This document shows, one piece after another, positions 46,277-56,950 of a stretch of 64,000 nucleotides of DNA. Each line of letters opens with the position of its first letter. The first letter of the stretch is position 1. This DNA is from a virus: the IMG/VR virus record IMGVR_UViG_3300036985_005814, positions 6,328-70,327 of that record. One strand, written 5' to 3'. Position numbers and translations under genes: made by a program. Under the pieces are notes generated by a model. That model saw only the letters and a program-made list of their open reading frames with translations. It was not told where the DNA came from and searched no databases.

Positions 46277-48201
46277 GAAAAAGGTGCAGCCGTAGTAAAT
46301 CCTGTGGAGCGGGTTGCATCAGCAATGCAAAATCTTGCAGACTCAATTTCCCCACAGCCGTCAATGGCATCTTAAACAAGGCGTCGGACCAGGTCGGAGT
46401 TGTTGAACTTTACCGTGCCGCTGCTGCGGGTGGTAAGCGTGGTAACGCTGCTCAGTTTAACCGAATCAGAAAAGAACTGCGTCAAGAACTTGGTAGAAAT
46501 ATCCGCGCAGGTGAGGACGCTCGCGAGCTAAAACGGCGCCTTGTTGCAGCCGGGGTGATCCCTGCTCGCGGAGCAAAACCGAAATCCGAGGAAGATGCCG
46601 GACAGATTTTCCAAAACGCCGTTCAAAAACCGGTTTCAGTTCCTTCCGCTCTTCGTAAAGAGTTGCAGCAGCTGGCTGCGAAAGACCAACAAGAGAAGAT
46701 TGCCTCAAAACCTGACGAGCTGTACGGAGCATGGGATACGAACGCTCTCGTCAAGTTTCGTAAAGGTTTTTCAAATCTGGGGGCGGACTATCAAGGGGCC
46801 AAAGATAGAATTGACCGTGAGTTAGCTCGCCGGAAAGCGCAAGAGCCTGAAAAACCAGTAGTTCTCGAACCTCGTCAACTGGACAAATCGCCAGGTGCTC
46901 GCACGAGAACGGTTCTCCCGCCAAAGAGGACGGTAGCCACCGAAGAGGTGATGGATGATATTTCACGCCTCATGAAAGGTGAGTCGCCACAGAACATCTC
47001 GATGGTGGGCGACAACAGCGCACGAGTTAAAATCAAGTCACAAATTGGTCAGCTTCAATCCGTTCTCGGACTTGGCGCCCAAACCCGTAAAGAAGTTGGC
47101 CGTGACCTAGAGGGACTTATCGATGAAGCTTGGAATTTGCGAAATAACTTAAAATCGCAACTTTTGCGGGTAAAGCCGGGTCCGCTTCGCGACAAGCTGG
47201 TTGATCGGCTCGTTGTTGTGGAAGAGGCGATTAAAGGTCCACAAACAAAAGCAACCGGAAACGTTCGCTACGCTCGTGAAGATGCGAGAGATCACGACGG
47301 CGATATGCTGAGCAAGGGAATTTCCCGTGAACTTGGCAACAAGTCTTACCGCTGGGAAGATTCTTACGGCTCAGGCTCTACTCTGCTCGGCAGGGGGTCA
47401 TACGGCACCGTTCTTCGCGAGCCGAACAAAGGGAACGCCATCAAGAGAGGAGAAGTTGGTAAAATTGAAGCCGATTTGATTGATCGCCTTGGAAAAGTTG
47501 ACCTTGGACCGAAACTCCTTGCCGCTCAACTTGACGGAGATTCTCAATACAACCCCGGTACAAAGATCGGTCGCGTTGCCATGGGCGTTGTTGCCGGAAG
47601 CCCGATCGGTTCAAAAGCGCCTGACAAGGAAATCGGCGGCGTCAAAGTTGCTGACGCATACTGGGTTGCTCGCGCGAAACTCCACAGAATGGGAATCGCC
47701 CACAACGATATGCACATTGACAACGTTCTTGTGGACCGCAAAGGTCAAGCTCGTTTCGTTGACATGGGTCTTGCTCAAGATTCACCGAAAGCGGCGTTAG
47801 CGGAGGCCATGGGGGCATTCTCTCCACCATCAAGAGCTGTGGCAGACCGGGGCAGAGGCGCCGCAGGGCAAGGAGATTGGCAAGTCCGCAGATGGGAAGG
47901 AACGGGTGGACAGCTGCTTAATCGCTATGAGCTGGAGCTGAACTATGGTGGGGGAAGGGGGGACGCCAATAGTGCGCAAAAGGAGCTTGAAGCAAAAGCA
48001 CCAGTTCTTGCCCGTATACATGACAACAAAGGCGCTGTTCAATACGAGATGAAGAGAGACGGTTTCACCCTCGATGATATTGCCACGGTGATCGACCACG
48101 GGATTCGCTCCCCGATGGAGACTTACGAGCAGGGTGTTTGGGCTAAAATGACGAATGAACAGGCGCAAAAATACATCTCGATTCTTTACGAGGGGGTTTG
48201 A
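46273..48201 (+). CDS. protein kinase-like protein with N-terminal Cys4 domain
   Basis: LGRGSYGTV, AIK, HNDMHIDNVL and VDMGLA kinase motifs; RCSRSKSCGAGCI...C at the N-terminus. Confidence 0.8.
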   Translation: MRKRCSRSKSCGAGCISNAKSCRLNFPTAVNGILNKASDQVGVVELYRAAAAGGKRGNAAQFNRIRKELRQELGRNIRAGEDARELKRRLVAAGVIPARGAKPKSEEDAGQIFQNAVQKPVSVPSALRKELQQLAAKDQQEKIASKPDELYGAWDTNALVKFRKGFSNLGADYQGAKDRIDRELARRKAQEPEKPVVLEPRQLDKSPGARTRTVLPPKRTVATEEVMDDISRLMKGESPQNISMVGDNSARVKIKSQIGQLQSVLGLGAQTRKEVGRDLEGLIDEAWNLRNNLKSQLLRVKPGPLRDKLVDRLVVVEEAIKGPQTKATGNVRYAREDARDHDGDMLSKGISRELGNKSYRWEDSYGSGSTLLGRGSYGTVLREPNKGNAIKRGEVGKIEADLIDRLGKVDLGPKLLAAQLDGDSQYNPGTKIGRVAMGVVAGSPIGSKAPDKEIGGVKVADAYWVARAKLHRMGIAHNDMHIDNVLVDRKGQARFVDMGLAQDSPKAALAEAMGAFSPPSRAVADRGRGAAGQGDWQVRRWEGTGGQLLNRYELELNYGGGRGDANSAQKELEAKAPVLARIHDNKGAVQYEMKRDGFTLDDIATVIDHGIRSPMETYEQGVWAKMTNEQAQKYISILYEGV

Positions 48202-48362
48202 TGGGTAAGCACGACGAACAGTATATCGCTCTGATGTCACGTTACAAGGAGCGCAGACAGGAACTGGGCGAAAAAGCAGACCTATATCTTGAAGCGGCGA
48301 TGAAACTTCGCGAAAAGGGCGAAGTGAGTGAAGATGCGATTATTGGTGGGGCGTACCTCTAG
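48201..48362 (+). CDS. small hypothetical protein (53 aa; not in ORF track)
   Basis: MGKHDEQYIALMSRYKERR...GGAYL; TGATG overlap with the kinase gene. Confidence 0.6.
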   Translation: MGKHDEQYIALMSRYKERRQELGEKADLYLEAAMKLREKGEVSEDAIIGGAYL

Positions 48363-48410
48363 GGTAAAAAGTTGAAGCGTCGTTACGCGTCACAACTCGC
48401 TCTTTAGCAA

Positions 48411-51400
48411 ATGTCTGCTGTAAAAGTTATCTTCAAGCGTTCGAGCATTCCGGGAAAGCGCCCGACGAGCTCAAACCTTGAGGTCGGTGAGATTGGCCTG
48501 AATACAAACTCGAACGATCCAGGTCTTTTCTTCGAAGTGAATGACGACAGTGTCGTCAAAGTCGGCCCAACATCAGTTCTTCCGGAAGCTCCAACAAATT
48601 CGCCGTCCAAGGGCGAACTTTGGTTGAACACGCAGGATGGAACTCTTAATGCCGGTGTCTTCAAGGATTCCGCCGCGCAGTGGCAGACGATTGCGGCGCC
48701 CTACTTAGGTGGGGGAGGTTACGTTGTATTCGTCGCACCTGAATTTCCAGGCTCTACAGACTCAGTGTTGAACGACGGACAGGCTCTGCCTTTCCAAACT
48801 CTGACTCGAGCCATTCTTGAGTTGAGCAAGATTACAATCAATGCGATCTTGGCGGGTTCAACCCCCGCAAGCGAGAACAGCAAATATACGATCTATGTCG
48901 CACCGTCCCGTGTCACAGCTAACAACGGGCCTGGCGCCAGCTTAGCAGAATTTAACGTAAACTTCTCTGCCGACCCTTTCGCGAAAGTTACAACAACGCA
49001 GTTAACACAATTCAACAGTTCGACGGGGGGAGTGATTGTTCCCCGAGGTATTTCGATTGTAGGTCTTGACCTGAAGAAGTGCATTATCAGCCCTACATAC
49101 GTACCGAAATACAGAAATCCTGCTTTCTCGTCAGGTGTAAATGGCAACTTCAATCAGCCGATTACCTCCGTCTTTAAGTGGACTGGTAACGCCTATCTTA
49201 ACAATTTCTCGATACTCGACAAAGTAAAGGCAAGAGATGTCTATAAAATTGAGTCGTCATCAAACGGAGAAGCGATTTTTTACTCAACAAGGCCTCACGG
49301 TCTAGAAGTGAACGATATTGTGAATGTAGAGTTCGCAGCGAGTGTGAATCAAATTACCGGGTCTTTCCGAGACGGTGAGTACTACGCGTATCCTATCGAC
49401 ACTTTCTCTTTCTACCTGCGCACCGCCCCGGACTCACTATACGTAAAGTATTCCGAACTTCCAACGATTTCGACGTCTTCATCGGTGATTCTGTACGTTA
49501 CAAACACACTGAAGTCGGCTCACCGTCTTCGTGGAACTCTGAACACGACTCTTGAAGAATTAGCAGACTACTATACGAAAGTTCAAAGAGCTTTCCCCGA
49601 CTTCTTTGGTGGCCAGGTTACCAACGGTGCCTTCCTTGTGAGCCAAGCGGAGTACACTATAGTTGCGCCAACTGATTCCACGTATCCCAACAACCGTGAG
49701 GTTAACACCACTGGCAACTCGTCGGCTTACGCGAACAGTGTGAATGTTCGGTCCGATTACGGAATGTGCTGGGGCGAGATTATCGGTAGCCAAATTAAAG
49801 GGTTCCGATCCCTAATCGCCAACGAATGCACTTGCGTTTCATTACAGAACGATCCTGCAGCGTACGAGATTTATACGACTCTGCCCAACCCAACCACAAA
49901 CGTTTTAGAGCAAAAGTGGTGGTCTTTAGCGAGAGCGACGTACCTGTCGTACCCTCTTGATGAGCGTCCTAGTTCAATCGACGCGGTTTCTACTGCCGAT
50001 CAACTAAGCCTTCTCAACAGAACTCAGATTAAAAACATTCGTTATTACTACCAGAACCAAGTTATCTCTGGGATCGACAAAAGTATTGGCATCGTGGATG
50101 TAGAGGAGGATTTTCGCCACTTTGGCTTCCGGGTTCGTGATAACGCTTACGCACAACTCCAGTCCATCTATACCATCGGTTGCGCGACTGGCGTTTGGGC
50201 TTTGAATGGTGGATACATCTCGCTTACAAACAGCACCAGCAATTTTGGCTCCGTCGCAATGAAGTCGGAAGGGTTCTTTGGGATCAACACCGTTGGCGGG
50301 GCTGAAGACAACCAGACTGGTTTCCTGTTTGAGGGAATTCAGAGGCCGCTGGCTTTAACTGAATCTCAGGCGTGCTCGAACCTTAACAAACAGATACTTT
50401 CCCTCGGTGCACAGATTGTGTCAGTAACCGAAGATGAGCTTGACCCTGAGATCCAGCTAATCCAGCTAAGTGCAGAGTTCTCCCCGTGCTATATCCTTCC
50501 TTACGCGCTCAATCCAGGAAGCGCAGTGTGGATTAAAAACTTTGCAACGGACGAGACTTACAGGGGTTTCTTTGCAACAGATGGTGGACCGACCGTCATT
50601 TCCACGCCCGGCTCATGCGGGTCAACAACAACCCTTCGAATTCGGGCTTCCGACAGCACGATTCCAATGGCTTCGGTAATAAACAACTTGGAAGTTCCGT
50701 ACATTCGCAGGTTCCTTGACCCTCGGTCGGAATTTGATCGTGCGTATAGTTTCAAGGTTTCTAACACGTATCCTACGGTAATTCCCCCACAAGTCGGTGC
50801 GGTTCTACGTCTCAACCAACTCAACCAGGCTATTAACCCTGGCACACTTCGCCCGAACGTTCAGTTTGACCCCGGAATTACTGGTGGATGGGGAAGAATT
50901 TTCACCGTTGACCACGTATTCACCGCAGCTTTGGCTGAGTCACCGCAGTTTAACTACGTAATCGGGGACAGCAACGAGAACGTTAACTACTACTTTACGG
51001 CCACTGTTTCCGACTACGCTCGGCCGTGGAAACAAGAGTTTAACAACGCGACAGGTTCTATAGTCACGTATCAGCAAAGAAATTGGTACGCTGCGGAGAA
51101 TAATCTGTGGCAAACCCTGTACTACGGGGGTGCCGCTTCTTTCAGACCAAATGCTGGACCCTTCAAACTTGCCCCAACAGAAGCATGCTCGCCTTTCGTT
51201 GATACTAGCGTTCTTGACCGGCAGGACTTTGTTTTTGACCAACAAGGTGGAATTCCGGGTACTTACCAAGGAACTTACGCTCAAGACCCCTACGCTGTGG
51301 GCGACCTGTACTCCGAAACGGATACGTATTTCCGTGGTTCCACCTACCCGTACCCCTCCTACACGATTCAATCGTACTACGATGGGGATGATGGTTCAAT

Positions 51401-52259
51401 TAGCATGGGACTTTGTTTAACGGATGTTTCAACAACTTCGGTAACGCAGACAGTTGGTGGTGTCTCAGTGGTTCAGACGGAAGTTATCCCGGAGATGACC
51501 CCCGGTAACGCTCAAACAAGGTATAGACCGGAGATCGTTCAATTCACGGTCGCCAATGTGTCGGTAATAAATAACCCTTCGGAAGAAGTTTCGATCGTGA
51601 AGTTCAAGAACGTAACAGATTCCGAATATTTACAAGTTATCGACATCACGGGCTCGGTAGTGAAAGCCATTCGGTTAAACAGAACCAATAGCTACTACCC
51701 GAACCCCACCACTGAGGGCAAAAATTGGCCTACGGCGACTACAGTTACTGTCTGCGAAACCAACAATACTCCGAACACCGAAGCTTATGACCCGATCTGG
51801 GGTAATACGAAGCAAGCAGTTCTTCGGTTTTTCCAAATTATGGGTTATAGTGACACCGAGGTTCTTCCGACCCTTGAGCCACGCTACTGGGGTGACAGGT
51901 TCCTGGCGATAACTTCTCTGTCCCTAGCTCCCACTCAAGGTTATGCTCTAGTTACTGAGCGCTGGCCCTTGGAGTTTAATAGTCCTTCAACGATTATCGC
52001 TAACACGCACACTTGGGCCTTTTCTGGCTACCTAGATTACTCCCGTGGTTTGCCAAAATATCAGAACAACGATTTGTCTCGCAAACTTACCGCTGATTAT
52101 CAATCCACCGTCCTTTGGGGTGGCAGAGTCACAGTGACCGGTGTGAGTAATCGCGGAGAGATCGTTCTGTTTGGTCCGCAACGTCAGGCTTTGACGGGAC
52201 GATTCTACGAGGATGTTAACCCCCTAATCAACTTTGCAAACCAACAACTTTCTCAATGA
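48411..52259 (+). CDS. large tail fibre/spike protein
   Basis: IFKRSSIPGKRP...GEIGLNTN..DPGLFF fibre N-terminus; DG...PFQTLTRA beta-helix cap. Confidence 0.7.
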   Translation: MSAVKVIFKRSSIPGKRPTSSNLEVGEIGLNTNSNDPGLFFEVNDDSVVKVGPTSVLPEAPTNSPSKGELWLNTQDGTLNAGVFKDSAAQWQTIAAPYLGGGGYVVFVAPEFPGSTDSVLNDGQALPFQTLTRAILELSKITINAILAGSTPASENSKYTIYVAPSRVTANNGPGASLAEFNVNFSADPFAKVTTTQLTQFNSSTGGVIVPRGISIVGLDLKKCIISPTYVPKYRNPAFSSGVNGNFNQPITSVFKWTGNAYLNNFSILDKVKARDVYKIESSSNGEAIFYSTRPHGLEVNDIVNVEFAASVNQITGSFRDGEYYAYPIDTFSFYLRTAPDSLYVKYSELPTISTSSSVILYVTNTLKSAHRLRGTLNTTLEELADYYTKVQRAFPDFFGGQVTNGAFLVSQAEYTIVAPTDSTYPNNREVNTTGNSSAYANSVNVRSDYGMCWGEIIGSQIKGFRSLIANECTCVSLQNDPAAYEIYTTLPNPTTNVLEQKWWSLARATYLSYPLDERPSSIDAVSTADQLSLLNRTQIKNIRYYYQNQVISGIDKSIGIVDVEEDFRHFGFRVRDNAYAQLQSIYTIGCATGVWALNGGYISLTNSTSNFGSVAMKSEGFFGINTVGGAEDNQTGFLFEGIQRPLALTESQACSNLNKQILSLGAQIVSVTEDELDPEIQLIQLSAEFSPCYILPYALNPGSAVWIKNFATDETYRGFFATDGGPTVISTPGSCGSTTTLRIRASDSTIPMASVINNLEVPYIRRFLDPRSEFDRAYSFKVSNTYPTVIPPQVGAVLRLNQLNQAINPGTLRPNVQFDPGITGGWGRIFTVDHVFTAALAESPQFNYVIGDSNENVNYYFTATVSDYARPWKQEFNNATGSIVTYQQRNWYAAENNLWQTLYYGGAASFRPNAGPFKLAPTEACSPFVDTSVLDRQDFVFDQQGGIPGTYQGTYAQDPYAVGDLYSETDTYFRGSTYPYPSYTIQSYYDGDDGSISMGLCLTDVSTTSVTQTVGGVSVVQTEVIPEMTPGNAQTRYRPEIVQFTVANVSVINNPSEEVSIVKFKNVTDSEYLQVIDITGSVVKAIRLNRTNSYYPNPTTEGKNWPTATTVTVCETNNTPNTEAYDPIWGNTKQAVLRFFQIMGYSDTEVLPTLEPRYWGDRFLAITSLSLAPTQGYALVTERWPLEFNSPSTIIANTHTWAFSGYLDYSRGLPKYQNNDLSRKLTADYQSTVLWGGRVTVTGVSNRGEIVLFGPQRQALTGRFYEDVNPLINFANQQLSQ

Positions 52260-52304
52260 AGAAGTTAAAGGGTAAAACCTTGCATAGGCCGTTTTGAGAC
52301 CCAA

Positions 52305-52691
52305 ATGTCTTTACCAACTCCCCCTCCTTTCTCAGATCCTATCCCTAATCCTTCTCCGACCGTTCCCAACGTTCCGGAAGAGTACATCGTGAAAGGCCCT
52401 TACTGGGACATGAAAGTCGTGACTGCGAGCGGGTTGTCAGTGACTTCAGACGGAAAACTGCAGGTAACCGGTTCTTCTACAGTATATCCTTCCGCAGAAA
52501 CTTCCAACCTTGCTAGCTATTCCGGAAATCTAAACATCGGTAACGGAATTGGTGTTGTGGGTGGCAACAACCTGCAAACTGGAACGGGGAGTAACACGAT
52601 CCCTTACTACGTGAAAGTGGCTCAAGGTCTTCTGATCCTTGGGAATGGATTTGATGTGAACAGTGCGACAGGCACTCTGAGCCTAGACTGA
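52305..52691 (+). CDS. hypothetical structural protein
   Basis: Repeated G.G..V...G.L units. Confidence 0.55.
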   Translation: MSLPTPPPFSDPIPNPSPTVPNVPEEYIVKGPYWDMKVVTASGLSVTSDGKLQVTGSSTVYPSAETSNLASYSGNLNIGNGIGVVGGNNLQTGTGSNTIPYYVKVAQGLLILGNGFDVNSATGTLSLD

Positions 52692-52752
52692 CAGGGTAAA
52701 AGTTACCATATCTCCAAACAACTCCCCTTTCGAAAATTAGTCAGCATACGTA

Positions 52753-54972
52753 ATGGCCAATTCGACCCCAATTCAATTACTACGTTCCAAGGCTTTCCGG
52801 CAACGACCAGACCCTCAATATTTACTAGAAGGTCAACCTGCAGTAAATATCAACGAGTTTGAACCCGGACTTTTCTTTGCGGACGCGGCTGCCCAACTTT
52901 TCAAGGTTGGGCCTACTGCCGTTGGACCGACAGCACCGAACTCAGGCATTTCCGGCTCGGGAGCAGAGTTTCTTCTGACGGGAGCTGTTACTGCAGCATC
53001 GGTTAATGCTGGCGGCACCGCTTACGCGGTAAATAACCTGTTGACTGTCCTTGGTGGTACCGGGACGCCGGCAGTTCTAAAAGTTACTGCTGTTTCCCTG
53101 ACAGGTGCAATCACCTCGGTCAGTGTTCAAAGTGCTGGTAGTTATACCACTTTCCCCGTCTCTCCTGTCATCGTAACAGGGGGAGCGGGTTCCGCAGCGT
53201 CTTTTAACTTGAGTGGCGGAGTTACATCCGCAAACATTTCTTTCGGCGGCACTGGATACCTTGTAAACGACATTCTAAACTTGGCCGGAGGCACCGGGCT
53301 TTCAGCAGCTCTGCAGGTTTCTTCTGTTTCTGGTGGGTCGGTAACGGGAGTCACTGTTTTAGCGTCTGGAAGTTACTCTGTGTTTCCGGTTGCACCCGTA
53401 AGCGTAAGGGAGAGCTCTGGGCCTGGCGGGAACAGTATCGGAGAACAGTGGTTAGACACCTCCAACCCAAATGCGCCTGGACTCAAAGTTTTCGACGGTG
53501 CTCGTTGGAGAGGTATCACCCCGATCTCGAACACTCTTTGGGTAGACGTGAATGGGGACGACATCAACGATGGAACAAGTCCGCAGACTGCGAAAAGAAC
53601 GATCAAGAGCGCCCTCGCTCTTGCGACAGCTGGAACTCAAATTCGAGTTGCTTCCGGTAACTACGAAGAAGCGAACCCTTTAATTTTTCCTTTCCCCGAT
53701 ATTTCGATTGTCGGAGCCGATCTTAGGTCCACAATCATTGAACTCTTGAACCCGGACGGCGATTTATTCCAGGTTCTTAATGGGTGTTATGTTCAGAATT
53801 TTTCCTTTGTAGGCTCAGTCAACCTTATACCGAACCCCCTAAACCCTTTGGAGCAAATCCAAGGTTACGGCATTATGTCGTTCAAGGAAACTGGGTCAGG
53901 TGTCATCACGCAAAGCCCTTACGTTCAAAACTGCACAAACTTTGTGGAGAACAGCATCGGCTTAAATGTCAATGGCAACAAGGCAGGTGGCTTGAAGAGC
54001 ATGGTTCTCGATAGCTTTACGCAATACAACCCTAACGGGCTGGGCGTCAAAGTTTACAATCTAGGTTACTGTCAAGTTGTGAGTATGTTCACAATCTGCT
54101 GTGACAAATCCGTTCTGGCGGAAACTGGAGGCTTAGTTAGTGTTACCAATAGTAACTCCGACTTTGGAAATTACGGGATGTATGCCGACGGCACTGGCCC
54201 TCTAGAGCAATCTGGAGAGCTTGTTAGTTCAACTATCAACAACAGCGTCTTCAGTCTGGATAATCTAACTACAGGTCAAGTGCCCTATGTGGGGCAAGTG
54301 ATTACGGTTGGGGAATTGTACTATAATGTTGGCTCATTTGAAATTACCAACCCCGGAAGCGGATATACAAGCAATCCTACTGTAACGGTTTCGATTGGAA
54401 CAGGGCCGAATGCCATTGCGGCACAAGGAATTGCGATTATCGACAACAATCAGCTGATTGGGATCGAAGTTGCGTCTTCTGGACAAAACTACACCGCTTC
54501 GGACACGATCACGGTCACGATCACAGGGGGAGGAGGAGCAAGTGCGGCAGCAACCGCAGTCAAGAACCCTGTGTATTACACAGTCGCTGGCGTTACCGAA
54601 CCCTTCACAGGAGTCGGAGGCACAGTAACGGTTGCCATTCAGGAAAACCTGCCTTACACACCGTCTACGGGTGATACCGTTAACTTCTGGCGCGTAAGTC
54701 GAATCATTGCCAACTCTCACTGTATGGAATACGTGGGAAGTGGAATTGACATCAACACTGCTGTTCCCTTCACAGGCGGAACTGCCATCCAAGCTAACGA
54801 AGTCATTCAGATCAACGGCGGTCGCGTGGCGATTACAAGCACGGACCAACTTGGTGACTTCCGCGTTGGCGAAGACCTCGTGATTAATCAAAACACTGGA
54901 ACAATCTCTGGCCAAGCGTTTAGAAAGTCGATCCTGGCCATCGTAATTCCTTACATCCTCGCCCTCTCTTGA
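52753..54972 (+). CDS. tail fibre/spike protein with beta-helix
   Basis: Paralogous N-terminus (IQLLRS...EGQPAVN...PGLFF); GDDINDGTSPQTAKRTIKSAL; SPYVQNCT. Confidence 0.7.
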   Translation: MANSTPIQLLRSKAFRQRPDPQYLLEGQPAVNINEFEPGLFFADAAAQLFKVGPTAVGPTAPNSGISGSGAEFLLTGAVTAASVNAGGTAYAVNNLLTVLGGTGTPAVLKVTAVSLTGAITSVSVQSAGSYTTFPVSPVIVTGGAGSAASFNLSGGVTSANISFGGTGYLVNDILNLAGGTGLSAALQVSSVSGGSVTGVTVLASGSYSVFPVAPVSVRESSGPGGNSIGEQWLDTSNPNAPGLKVFDGARWRGITPISNTLWVDVNGDDINDGTSPQTAKRTIKSALALATAGTQIRVASGNYEEANPLIFPFPDISIVGADLRSTIIELLNPDGDLFQVLNGCYVQNFSFVGSVNLIPNPLNPLEQIQGYGIMSFKETGSGVITQSPYVQNCTNFVENSIGLNVNGNKAGGLKSMVLDSFTQYNPNGLGVKVYNLGYCQVVSMFTICCDKSVLAETGGLVSVTNSNSDFGNYGMYADGTGPLEQSGELVSSTINNSVFSLDNLTTGQVPYVGQVITVGELYYNVGSFEITNPGSGYTSNPTVTVSIGTGPNAIAAQGIAIIDNNQLIGIEVASSGQNYTASDTITVTITGGGGASAAATAVKNPVYYTVAGVTEPFTGVGGTVTVAIQENLPYTPSTGDTVNFWRVSRIIANSHCMEYVGSGIDINTAVPFTGGTAIQANEVIQINGGRVAITSTDQLGDFRVGEDLVINQNTGTISGQAFRKSILAIVIPYILALS

Positions 54973-54976
54973 TAAC

Positions 54977-55312
54977 ATGGCACTTCCATTAACAGTCTTT
55001 CAGACCATCCCAGTCGATGTCCCAGCCTCGGCAACCATTGTTTATACCGCTCCTGTTGGTTACAACTCTATTGTCCTCACAGCGCAAGTGGTTAACACCG
55101 CTGCCAACTCTCTAACTTTCTCGATGTCATTGAGACGAGGATCTACAGACTATCCTGTTGTGTACGATTACCCAATTCCCGCGAATGAAGTTCTTATTGC
55201 CTCCGGAGGAACTGCTGGTAAACTAGTTCTTCAAACTGGGGACTCGCTTAGAATCTCGGGGGCCGGTACCGACCTAAAATTCACTTTAAGCGTTCTTGAA
55301 ACTCTGGTGTAA
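54977..55312 (+). CDS. small structural beta-sandwich protein
   Basis: VYTAP.G...IVL.AQV.N...KLVLQTGDSL. Confidence 0.6.
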   Translation: MALPLTVFQTIPVDVPASATIVYTAPVGYNSIVLTAQVVNTAANSLTFSMSLRRGSTDYPVVYDYPIPANEVLIASGGTAGKLVLQTGDSLRISGAGTDLKFTLSVLETLV

Positions 55313-55315
55313 ATT

Positions 55316-56269
55316 ATGGCAGGATTTTTTGACGGAAAAGTAATTCCTACCCCTCCTCTTGACGCTGACCCGCGCCGTTATATTGTCTTTGGACTCAAGG
55401 ACGCTGAGCCGAATTTAGGGGTTCCTCTAGTAGATGGTTACTCGCTGGTTAGCACAGCGGACGGCGATAGAAGCTGGGCACCTGTACCCCCCGCTGGACC
55501 TCCTGGTCCAACTGGACCGATTGGACCGACTGGGAATACAGGCCCAACTGGGCCGGTGGGTCCCACTGGAACAGGGGCGCCGGGCCCTACTGGACCCACA
55601 GGAGACGTGGGACCTACGGGTCCAATCGGCCCTACGGGACCGGCTGGTGGTGGGATCTATGCCCTGTATCTTGATGACATCAGCTCATCTTTCAACGGAA
55701 CAGCGACTGTTTTCACACTTCAAGTCGGAGCTGTTAACCTCCCGGCGACAGTCGTTCAAACGGACTTACTCCTTTTTGTCGGGGGTTCTGTTCAACTTGC
55801 GGGGGACGGTTTTACTTGGAATGCGGCTACCAGCCAGGTAACATTTACGAGTGCCCCGGAAACTGGGTATACTTTTGTGGGCTGGGTGGTCAACAAAGAC
55901 GCAAACCCTGGGCCAACAGGGGCACCGGGAACGCCGGGGTCAGCTGGTGGTCCTGGAAGCCCTGGCTCCCCTGGAGGACCTGGTCCAGCCGGTGCTCCTG
56001 GTCCGCCGGGGCCGTCGGGGTCAAATACACTTCCGCAGCAGGCTGTAGGAACCACAGTATATGGTCAACCTTTCACCGGCTTCGGCGCCGCCAACAATAT
56101 ACCGGGAGGGTCGGTTGTCAGCCCATGGTATGGGTCGGCAGGCACCGGGTTCCAGGGATTTGGGGGAACTTGGATCACACATGGTCAAACGGAATGGCGT
56201 CAGGTGACCAACCCGCAATCAGGGAGCACCAACATCTACCGACCCGCCTCCGCGCAACGTATAGCCTGA
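55316..56269 (+). CDS. collagen-like fibre protein
   Basis: Two G-X-Y tracts flanking an [10 protein letters not shown] domain; GTW...RIA C-terminus. Confidence 0.75.
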   Translation: MAGFFDGKVIPTPPLDADPRRYIVFGLKDAEPNLGVPLVDGYSLVSTADGDRSWAPVPPAGPPGPTGPIGPTGNTGPTGPVGPTGTGAPGPTGPTGDVGPTGPIGPTGPAGGGIYALYLDDISSSFNGTATVFTLQVGAVNLPATVVQTDLLLFVGGSVQLAGDGFTWNAATSQVTFTSAPETGYTFVGWVVNKDANPGPTGAPGTPGSAGGPGSPGSPGGPGPAGAPGPPGPSGSNTLPQQAVGTTVYGQPFTGFGAANNIPGGSVVSPWYGSAGTGFQGFGGTWITHGQTEWRQVTNPQSGSTNIYRPASAQRIA

Positions 56270-56315
56270 TAATTACTTTCAACTCTTGTCAAGAACAACA
56301 ACAACTCTCATCACA

Positions 56316-56915
56316 ATGTCAAACCCACTGATTCAAATCGTTCCTACTCTTTCTTCGGAAGAAGTTCAAAGAGTTAACGAGTTTTGCGAGTCATACAAAC
56401 AACGCTCAAAGAACACGGTTTTTTCTGGCAAAAGTCTCAAAGTGGATACCTCCATTCGATCGAGTGAAGGTTTCTCCCTAACGGAAGGACAGGAGATCAC
56501 AAACCTATTGGCAAATTCGATTAACTCCGCACTGCTCGCATATCGAGACAAACTTGCGGAGGTTCACCCTTCCTTGACACACTACTCTTTGGCTCCCGGT
56601 GCAACCGGAACTCATTCTCACCGGGAAGGCATTCAAGTTCTGGAATACCGGCCAAACCAACAATATCATTTCCACTACGACCAGAATTGGGACCGCAATC
56701 AACAAACTTTTTACAGAACAATTTCTGTTGTCTTGTACCTGACGTCCGACTTTGAAGGTGGTGGAACCGAGTTCGTGGATAAAGTTTACAAGCCACAACC
56801 GGGTGAAGCTCTGATCTTCCCTTCAAATTGGTGTTTCCCCCATTCGGGTCAACTGGTTACCTCCGGGATGAAGAGAGTTGCGGTTACGTGGTACTACGTG
56901 TACCCGGCAAAGTAA
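56316..56915 (+). CDS. 2OG-Fe(II) oxygenase, prolyl-hydroxylase-like
   Basis: HYD, VLYL..DFEGG.TEF, IFPSNW.FPH, VTSG.K. Confidence 0.85.
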   Translation: MSNPLIQIVPTLSSEEVQRVNEFCESYKQRSKNTVFSGKSLKVDTSIRSSEGFSLTEGQEITNLLANSINSALLAYRDKLAEVHPSLTHYSLAPGATGTHSHREGIQVLEYRPNQQYHFHYDQNWDRNQQTFYRTISVVLYLTSDFEGGGTEFVDKVYKPQPGEALIFPSNWCFPHSGQLVTSGMKRVAVTWYYVYPAK

Positions 56916-56950
56916 ATTTTCGGGTAAAACTTAACAATCTTGCACAAACT

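Noticed and set aside
5779-56950. Extended starts given in the ORF track (5779, 11166, 37265, 42210, 42658, 43494, 56828)
   Set aside because: They overlap upstream genes, promoter motifs or the leader; downstream starts at 5824, 11241, 37382, 42390, 42748, 43725 and 56951 fit better
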